Shown here: in pieces, positions 1-5,855 of the stretch
How positions within the stretch are numbered: the stretch's first letter is position 1
Layout: each line of letters opens with the position of its first letter
Source of the DNA: Thermotogota bacterium
Lineage (GTDB): Bacteria; Thermotogota; Thermotogae; Petrotogales; Kosmotogaceae
Assembly: GCA_034660555.1 (NCBI GenBank)
Contig: JAYEJL010000007.1
Span: 1 to 11,236, forward strand
Direction: 5' to 3'
Length of the DNA stretch: 11,236 nt
Made by a program: the position numbers and the translations under genes
The notes under the pieces: generated by a model
Told to the model about the DNA's origin: nothing
The model's input: the letters and a program-made list of their open reading frames with translations, nothing else
The model's database searches: none

Positions 1-505
1 AACTAGATAACACAGTCCCTTCACTCTACTTCCATTACAAAAGTTTCATCGCTACTACAGACTGTTCCGCTCCTGTTCCTGGCATTGGTACTTTCACCTT
101 CGTAGGTCCTCCACTTATGGCTTTTCCCTTACATCCAGAAACAGGTTCCCAAGTTCCTAATCAGAGCCTGTACCAGGGTCACGCCACCTCTATGCCGGCC
201 ACCATCTGGACAGTAAACAGGTTTCTTCCAGACTTATCCCTGGATAGTCTAGCCTCCAGGTTTTGATGACAGCAATGGGTTTTACGACACGTTCACGGTG
301 ATTCACTTGTATTTGTCTCCTCTGGAACTTACCTGATAGGATCGTTGTCCTGCCTTTTCCGTAACGCTCATCACCATGGCTCTTTACCACAGCAGCTTAC
401 GGTGTTTGAAACCTTCACCTGCATGACGACTTCGAGGGGACCTCCCTCATCTCCGATTAAGCACGGCTCGAAAGAAAAGTTCTCTTTCTTGTCTTCTTGG
501 CACAC
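1..505 (-). mobile_element. Group II intron, 5' portion (domains I to ~III), probably subgroup IIB / bacterial class D; RT ORF and 3' end expected left of the window
   Basis: The minus strand begins GTGTG (GUGYG consensus) at 505. It carries recognisable ribozyme segments: ...GGTGGCCGGCATAGAGGTGGCGTGACC..., GGAACTTGGGAACCTG, and GCGGAACAGTCTGTAGTAGCGATGAAACTTTTGTAATGGAAGTAGAGTGAAGGGACTG (DII/DIII region). Hairpin 239-260 (CCTGGA/TCCAGG, 10-nt loop) is a candidate EBS1 stem-loop. The class call is from memory of RmInt1-like introns. Confidence 0.9.
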
Positions 506-517
506 GACCAAGTGAAA

Positions 518-604
518 CGTTGGACGTTATTTCCCTTCATTCCAAAAAGCTTCTAATACCAATAAACAGCTGGATAGAATGTTGTCAAAAAAAGAGTCTG
601 TCAC
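518..604 (-). repeat. Left arm of 87/88-bp inverted repeat (partner 2773-2860)
   Basis: The reverse complement aligns to 2773-2860 with about 5 differences; the outer 53 nt are identical. Confidence 0.95.
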
Positions 605-813
605 GGGGTCCTGACTTTTGTCGAGACGCCGCAGTAGGACGGCACATTCGGTGCGCGTGGAGTGGCTAAACACCCCATGATCACGGTGAATTCTGCTATA
701 GGTAATGCCATATTTGATGCTTTAGGTATCGATATTATGGAACACCTATAACCTCTGAAAGGATATGGAGGGCAATTCAGGATAAAAAACCAGAGATGAA
801 GCATGAATTTTGA
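605..813 (+). pseudogene. C-terminal remnant of a xanthine dehydrogenase-family molybdopterin-binding subunit
   Basis: Translates as GVLTFVETPQ*DGTFGARGVAKHPMITVNSAIGNAIFDALGIDIME, then after a frameshift near 744 PITSERIWRAIQDKKPEMKHEF*. This matches the GPFGAKGxGE...AIxNAIxDAxG...PITPERI C-terminus of Mo-hydroxylases. In-frame TAG at 635-637; 5' end cut at the inverted repeat. Confidence 0.85.
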
Positions 814-943
814 AACACAAAACTATCAAGGTTTGCAGGAATAGCAAAATAAAAACTTTTCGTGCTTTTTCCGCATGAAATCGTGAAAGATATAGGATTT
901 GGAGCATTTTTGATTCTTCACCTCTGTAAAAAACTGCAGGCTC

Positions 944-971
944 TTGACAAAAAATAGAACTTCTGTAAAGT
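944..971 (+). promoter_or_regulatory. Possible sigma70-type promoter for the permease
   Basis: TTGACA (944-949), 16-nt spacer, TAAAGT (966-971). The -10 box is weak. Confidence 0.3.
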
Positions 972-1055
972 CGGAAGGAGGCTAAGCGAAAATAATTTTA
1001 CAGCCTTAAGATTACAGTTATAGCATTAAGATAACATTTGGAAGGAGGAATTGCA

Positions 1056-2291
1056 ATGACAGACGGTCAAACAAGTGTTGGAAAACAGATAAAGGGGGTG
1101 ATAAGGCCCGGGGACCTTCTGCCCGTTCACCAGCTTTTGATTTTGGGGCTTCAACACACCTTTACCATGTTCGGAGCAACGATACTGGTGCCTATCCTAA
1201 CAGGTTTGAATGTTGGTGTGGCCCTATTTACAGCCGGAATCGGGACATTATGGTTCCACCTTGTTACTAAAAGGAAGATTCCAGTTTTTCTTGGTTCGTC
1301 ATTTGCCTTTATAGCTCCTGTGGCCCTGGTAGTGGAAAAGTGGGGTATCCCTGCAGCACAGGGTGGAATAATAGTAGCGGGTATGATATACTGTGTAATT
1401 TCAATACCGATATACTATTTAGGGACTAAATTCTTAGAAACCCTTTTGCCTCCGGTGGTAACGGGGCCGATAATAATGGTGATAGGCCTTAATCTTGCCC
1501 CTGTAGCCATCGGTAGTGCCAGCGAGAACTGGATAATTGCCATTATCGTTTTAATTACAGTAGTCATCGTTAATATTTATGTAAAGGGTTTCTTCCGCTT
1601 GATTCCGGTACTAATAGGTTTATTGGTGGGATATATAGTATCGCTGATAGCGGGGATAGTAGATCTTACACCTGTTAAAGAAGCGGCAGTATTAGCGATG
1701 CCCAATTTTACCTGGCCTGTTTTTAATGCCGCTGCTATCGGCCTGATTGCCCCTGTGGCACTTGCTACTATAGTGGAGCACGTAGGGGATGTTCTGGCCG
1801 TAGAGGCTACCGTTGAGCAGGACTTTATAAAGGATCCGGGCCTCCACAGGACGATGATCGGAGACGGTATAGCTACATCTTTGGCTGCTCTCTTTGGCGG
1901 ACCTGCCAATACCACTTATTCTGAGAATACAGGGGTTTTAGCGCTTACTAAGGTGTGGAAGCCGGAAGTTATGCAGATAGCAGCCCTGATGGCCATAGCT
2001 TTTTCATTTGTTGAGAAACTGGGGGTAGCTATAAGGACCATACCGGCACCGGTAATTGGCGGTATTTCAATAGTGCTGTTCGGAATGATAGCCAGCATAG
2101 GGCTAAGGACCGTTGTCGAAAACAGTGTGGATTTTAAACAGTCCCGAAACCTCATTATCTCCAGTGTAATTCTGGTTATCGGTATAGGGGGAGCGGTTCT
2201 TAGATTATGGGGCAATGTGCAGCTCGGCGGTGTGGGCCTGGCAGCAATTATCGGAATAATATTAAATCAAGTTCTGCCTAAAGAGAGTTAA
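1056..2291 (+). CDS. uraA: NCS2/NAT-family nucleobase:cation symporter, uracil permease (UraA/PyrP) clade
   Basis: Motifs GLQHTFTMFGAT, FLGSSFAFI, EHVGD, GDGIAT, GGPANTTYSENTGVLALTK and many hydrophobic helices. ATG 1056 has the AGGAGG RBS just upstream and is preferred over TTG 1038. Confidence 0.92.
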   Translation: MTDGQTSVGKQIKGVIRPGDLLPVHQLLILGLQHTFTMFGATILVPILTGLNVGVALFTAGIGTLWFHLVTKRKIPVFLGSSFAFIAPVALVVEKWGIPAAQGGIIVAGMIYCVISIPIYYLGTKFLETLLPPVVTGPIIMVIGLNLAPVAIGSASENWIIAIIVLITVVIVNIYVKGFFRLIPVLIGLLVGYIVSLIAGIVDLTPVKEAAVLAMPNFTWPVFNAAAIGLIAPVALATIVEHVGDVLAVEATVEQDFIKDPGLHRTMIGDGIATSLAALFGGPANTTYSENTGVLALTKVWKPEVMQIAALMAIAFSFVEKLGVAIRTIPAPVIGGISIVLFGMIASIGLRTVVENSVDFKQSRNLIISSVILVIGIGGAVLRLWGNVQLGGVGLAAIIGIILNQVLPKES

Positions 2292-2297
2292 AAGCTT

Positions 2298-2321
2298 ACA
2301 GGTGGGGGGTTCCCCACCTGT
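2298..2321 (+). terminator. Hairpin directly after the permease stop codon, probable terminator
   Basis: ACAGGTGGGG-GGTT-CCCCACCTGT, a perfect 10-bp stem; the U tract is poor. Confidence 0.65.
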
Positions 2322-2426
2322 TACCTATTTCGTTCAGCAGTTTTAAATAGAACCTAAAATAGCCTGACGCTAAAACGGGACAAGTTCTGTGGTTGTGAAT
2401 AGCTGCATGAGAAAGGGGGGATTGGT

Positions 2427-2600
2427 TTGGAATTATGGGAAGCGCTCAATCTTAAAAACAGCGGATTGATCTCTGCAGTAGGTGGAGGTGGCAAGACAGT
2501 ACTGAGTTTCAGCCTTGCACGGGAACTCAAAGCTCAGGGCAACAACTTCTGGGACAAACTCGTGTATCCAGGAAAGTCAAGTACATTCAGAGGGAGATAA
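2427..2600 (+). pseudogene. yqeC: N-terminal remnant of YqeC-like selenium-dependent Mo-hydroxylase accessory protein
   Basis: AAGGGGGG RBS and TTG start; MELWEALNLKNSGLISAVGGGGKTVLSFSLARELKAQG resembles the YqeC N-terminal P-loop (ISxVGxGGKT...LAxEL). Similarity ends near 2545 and the frame stops at 2600. The neighbouring xdh remnant fits this call. Confidence 0.75.
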
Positions 2601-2772
2601 ACCCACCAAGGTAAAAGCCAAAATCTTGTAGCTAGGTCAGTAAGGGGGGGAAGGAAACTGGACTCTTGAAGCCTGATGACAAAGCCATCATAAGGGTGGT
2701 GGGCGAGTATCTGGACCGTAAGGAACAAGTGAACGCATAGGTAGCCTCGATACCCAAAACTCTGTGGGAAAA
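2562..2772 (+). mobile_element. Degenerate 5' fragment (domain I) of a second, different group II intron
   Basis: GTGTA start, then GCTAGGTCAGT...GAAGCCTGATGACAAAG...GGCGAGTATCTGGACCGTAAGGAACAAGTGAACGC...AGCCTCGA, a motif order I recognise from group II domain I. The 5' end deviates from GUGYG; no DV or RT is present; it ends at the inverted repeat. Confidence 0.55.
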
Positions 2773-2860
2773 GTGACAGACTCCATTTTTTTACAACATT
2801 TTATCCGGCTGTTTATTGGTATTAGAAGCTTTTTGGAATGAAGGGAAATAACGTCCAACG
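2773..2860 (+). repeat. Right arm of 87/88-bp inverted repeat (partner 518-604)
   Basis: GTGACAGACTC...GGAATGAAGGGAAATAACGTCCAACG is the reverse complement of 518-604. Confidence 0.95.
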
Positions 2861-3240
2861 CTGACGTTTTGTCCAACGTTGACACTTCCTCCAACGCTCG
2901 TCTTGCAACTCGCTTCGTCCAACGATTGGAGCAAGAACAATGATATGCGCGTTAAAGGGCAAGCGGATTTGCTCCAAAAAACGAACGGATATGCTGATCT
3001 ATGATCAGGATATGCGAATCTGACGATTCGGGTATGAGCTTCGCGGATGAAGACCAAAAGCACACACCTCCACGCTAACACGGGACTCCTTTCTAGAGGG
3101 CATTAGAACCAATCGGTTCATGTGTTTTATTATTTATGGTATTTTTCTCGGTTCTCGAATTCTCAAACTTTCGTTTTGCATTTTTAGGTTTTTTTGAACT
3201 TCCGTACAACGTACAACCTACTGACGCACAACGTGTTTTT
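2853..3240. repeat. Intergenic repeat mosaic A (REP/BIME-like)
   Basis: Modules: GTCCAACG array (2853, 2871, 2889 variant, 2917); GGATATGC array (2941-3052); ACACACCTC...GAGGG (3062-3100); CGGTTCA...TTATTTATGGT (~3114-3140); CTCGGTTCTCGAAT (3147-3160); TTTGAACTTCCGTACAACG...ACAACG (3192-3240). Each has a counterpart in 6771-7590. Confidence 0.85.
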
Positions 3241-4608
3241 CTAAATATGTATCTCCCTATCGTTTGCTTTTTCAAGTGCCCCCAAAACAGTCTCTGTTAA
3301 TGTTGGATGTGGATGTATCGATTCCATAAGTTGCAAGGTAGTTAGTTTATTTCTTACAGCGATTACACCTTCCATAATCATTTCAGTCGCATTAGGGGAA
3401 ACTATTGTAAGGCCAAGAACAGTGTCATCTTCTTCATCTGAAATAACCTTTGCAAAGCCTATTCTTTCTTCCATAGTTCTGGCTTTTCCAGTTGCAGAAA
3501 TGGGAAATTTTGATACCTTAATTTTTTCCTTTTCAACATCCTTTTCTCTTAAACCAACCGATGCAACTTCCGGGTTTGAAAATATCACAGAGGGAATTGC
3601 TGAGTAGTCCATTTTTGTATCTATTCCGGCGATGTTTTCTGCTGTAACTATTCCTTCATGCATCGCTGTATGTGCCAGCATGTACTTAGCTTTTATATCG
3701 CCGATAGCATAAACATTCTCTATATTTGTACACATATGATCGTCTGTAATAACGCCTTTGTCTATTTCAACACCGAGCGCTTTAATATCCTCTGTTATAG
3801 CAGGTTTTCTCCCCACAGCGAGTAAAACACTTTCTGTTTCTAATTCCTGTTGTTCGTCTTTTTCCTTATTCTTAATAGTTGAAGTGAATGTACCATTTTC
3901 CTTTTCAACAGTCGTTACTTCGGTTTTTTCTAATACTTTTACTCCCTTCCTTTTGAGTGATTTTTTGATATCTTCGGCAACATCTTTATCCTCTGTTGAA
4001 AGTATCTGATCAAGAACTTCAACAAGATTGACCTTCACTCCGAAGGAAGAAAAGAATGTAGCAAATTCAACTCCAATATATCCACCACCTATTATAAGAA
4101 TTGATTCAGGGAATTTTTCCATGCTAAAAACATCGTCGCTGGTCATAATGCCTTCGACATTTTCAAAAGGCGGAAAATTGGCTGGATTTGAGCCCTGAGC
4201 AAGGATCAAATTCTGTCCTTCAACAAATGCACCGTTCTCTTTAATTCTGATTTTTCCTTTATCTACTATTTCTGCTGTACCTTCAATAATTTCTACATTG
4301 TTCTCATTCAACAAATGTTCTATACCTTTACGGGATAGTGTAACTGCTTTTTTTGAGTGCTTCATTACTTTGCCTACATCGTAGCTGAGTTCTTCTGCAG
4401 TTACACCGAAACGTTTACCTTTATCATTCATTTCAGAATAAAGATGTGAAGCGTTCAACAAAGCTTTTGTAGGTATACAACCTACGTTGGTACAGGTACC
4501 TCCTAATTCATTTTTTTCAATAAGCACAACGTTTTTACCAAGTTTACTTAGCCTAATGGATACTACATAACCTCCTGGTCCTCCACCAATTATAATGACA
4601 TCATACAT
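3241..4608 (-). CDS. lpdA: Dihydrolipoamide dehydrogenase (E3 / glycine cleavage L protein)
   Basis: FAD motif GGGPGG, redox disulfide GGTCTNVGCIPTK, NAD motif GGGYIG, C-terminal HPHPTLTE; GAGGAGG RBS upstream. Confidence 0.97.
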   Translation of the reverse strand: MYDVIIIGGGPGGYVVSIRLSKLGKNVVLIEKNELGGTCTNVGCIPTKALLNASHLYSEMNDKGKRFGVTAEELSYDVGKVMKHSKKAVTLSRKGIEHLLNENNVEIIEGTAEIVDKGKIRIKENGAFVEGQNLILAQGSNPANFPPFENVEGIMTSDDVFSMEKFPESILIIGGGYIGVEFATFFSSFGVKVNLVEVLDQILSTEDKDVAEDIKKSLKRKGVKVLEKTEVTTVEKENGTFTSTIKNKEKDEQQELETESVLLAVGRKPAITEDIKALGVEIDKGVITDDHMCTNIENVYAIGDIKAKYMLAHTAMHEGIVTAENIAGIDTKMDYSAIPSVIFSNPEVASVGLREKDVEKEKIKVSKFPISATGKARTMEERIGFAKVISDEEDDTVLGLTIVSPNATEMIMEGVIAVRNKLTTLQLMESIHPHPTLTETVLGALEKANDREIHI

Positions 4609-4730
4609 AATATTCCTCCTCTCTATTCTTATTTTAGCTTATATAAGCAAAAGAGCAAATGCGTTTTGCAAATGGTAAATGATATAATTAATTGATTGAA
4701 TGTTTTTCTAATGGTTTAGGAATCATCTTC

Positions 4731-5067
4731 ATTAAAAATTCTGCATCTTGAAGACATGATATTGGAAGAACCTTTGTGCCTTCAGAAATTTTGAACAAGC
4801 CTGGAGAACTGAAAACAGCACCACGAACGACTTGATGGAAGCGGTTATTCCGATGGTTTAAAAAATGGAGAGATAACATTAGAAGCCCAAATTCTTGCAA
4901 TAGCTGATGTAGTAGAGGCCATGACTTCTCACAGACCTTATAGACCTGCTCTTGAATTCAACGAAGCATTCAACGAAATAAGAAATAATGCTGGTATGCT
5001 TTACAATGAAACAGCAGTAAAAGTATGCCTTGAACTTTTTGAAGAAGGTTTTGCTTTTTCTGATTAG
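4731..5067 (+). pseudogene. HD-GYP (c-di-GMP phosphodiesterase) domain remnant
   Basis: One frame reads IKNSAS*RHDIGRTFVPSEILNKPGELK. From 4816 another frame reads QHHERLDGSGYSDGLKNGEITLEAQILAIADVVEAMTSHRPYRPAL...FAFSD* (TAG 5065-5067). The segment normally between KPGxL and HHE is deleted with a frameshift. The 5' boundary is approximate. Confidence 0.9.
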
Positions 5068-5090
5068 TTATAAATAGTAATTTACAAAAC

Positions 5091-5115
5091 AAAAAAGGCA
5101 CCCGTAATGGGTGCC
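5091..5115 (-). terminator. Intrinsic terminator of the minus-strand small-ORF cluster
   Basis: GGCACCC-5 nt-GGGTGCC stem (5097-5115) followed on the minus strand by T6 (5091-5096). Confidence 0.85.
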
Positions 5116-5135
5116 AAAAGTTTAGGTGGTACCGT

Positions 5136-5228
5136 TCAGCTTCTCCAAAAGAGATCCTTCAGTGCCTGTAATTTCTGTTCCTATACCAATTTTTCTATGT
5201 CTTTTGCATTTCTATACAATCTTTTCAT
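5136..5228 (-). pseudogene. Small ORF 3, 30 codons with an internal TAG
   Basis: AAGGAGG RBS 9 nt upstream of the ATG; MKRLYRNAKDIEKLV*EQKLQALKDLFWRS*. TAG at 5181-5183. Similar to small ORF 1 on both sides of the stop. Confidence 0.65.
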
Positions 5229-5258
5229 TATTATCATCCTCCTTTAAAGTTTTACTTA

Positions 5259-5357
5259 TTACCTGTAAACGTGAATTCTTTTAAGCGTATCAATTCTAGT
5301 TGTTTCCAAAATATTATCTACTTCCTTGAAATGGATCTTCTTTTCTCTTTCTTTTAT
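5259..5357 (-). CDS. Small ORF 2, 32 aa, ATA (non-canonical or mutated) start
   Basis: AAGGGGGG RBS 7 nt upstream of ATA; IKEREKKIHFKEVDNILETTRIDTLKRIHVYR followed by tandem TAA TAA. Confidence 0.5.
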   Translation of the reverse strand: MKEREKKIHFKEVDNILETTRIDTLKRIHVYR

Positions 5358-5385
5358 ATTGCAACCCCCCTTTTTAAAAGGCTCG

Positions 5386-5493
5386 TTACACTGAAGGTCT
5401 TACATTGATGAGGAGATCTGAATAAACTTTTTCTTTCTGAGACTCAATAATTCCTTCGATGTTGCTGTAATTTCTAAATTTTCTTTTGAACAT
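5386..5493 (-). CDS. Small ORF 1, 35-aa peptide of unknown function
   Basis: AGGAGGGG RBS 5 nt upstream of the ATG; MFKRKFRNYSNIEGIIESQKEKVYSDLLINVRPSV*. Confidence 0.7.
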   Translation of the reverse strand: MFKRKFRNYSNIEGIIESQKEKVYSDLLINVRPSV

Positions 5494-5531
5494 TTCAACC
5501 CCTCCTAAACATCTCGTTGATTTCTATTTAT

Positions 5532-5560
5532 AATATACACTTTTAATTTAATAATGTCAG
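5532..5560 (-). promoter_or_regulatory. Candidate sigma70-type promoter for the small-ORF cluster
   Basis: Minus strand CTGACA-17 nt-TATATT, each box 5/6 to consensus. The context is very AT-rich, so a chance match is possible. Confidence 0.45.
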
Positions 5561-5561
5561 G

Positions 5562-5707
5562 AAAAATTGAAGAATATTATAAAATAATTGATAAAATTCA
5601 AGAAAAGAATGACAATAAAACAAGAAAAAGTGTCTGTAAACACCAAATATAATCAATTATGAAAGGAAAATAAGAATTACAGAACAAATAAAAAATTGAA
5701 GAATATT
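5562..5707 (+). repeat. 17-bp direct repeat AAAAATTGAAGAATATT (5562-5578 and 5691-5707)
   Basis: Exact match; both copies are followed by (T)ATAAA. Confidence 0.7.
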
Positions 5708-5855
5708 TATAAATTTAAATCATTTTAAGTAAAAAATTAAAATTTGTTGCTTGGAATGAGAATATTATTTTTATGGACTTGTATATTGTTGGAATTTGAT
5801 TAACTAATAAATTTGATATAAACTTAATACATACTCAATAACAGGAAGTGTTTAT

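Noticed and set aside
190..390. 66-aa minus-strand ORF
   Set aside because: Lies within intron domain I RNA and has no RT motifs.
635..637. Stop-codon recoding (pyrrolysine or alternative code) suggested by in-frame TAGs at 635 and 5181
   Set aside because: The xdh remnant is also truncated and frameshifted, and TAG terminates lpdA normally.
601..804. 67-aa minus-strand ORF
   Set aside because: Antisense shadow of the xdh remnant.
814..1055. Purine riboswitch or PyrR attenuator upstream of the permease
   Set aside because: I could not find the conserved motifs or a terminator/antiterminator pair.
1577..2215. Two minus-strand ORFs (112 and 99 aa)
   Set aside because: Antisense to the permease, with no independent coding signal.
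2941..3052. CRISPR array interpretation (also for 7239-7317)
   Set aside because: Repeats are 8 nt and spacers 7-16 nt, often self-complementary, far below CRISPR dimensions; no cas1/cas2 in the window.
2534..3275. Four short minus-strand ORFs
   Set aside because: They overlap the intron remnant and repeat mosaic A and show no recognisable protein features.
3422..4009. Plus-strand ORFs of 61 and 83 aa
   Set aside because: Antisense shadows of lpdA.
4688..4900. 70-aa minus-strand ORF
   Set aside because: Antisense to the HD-GYP remnant.
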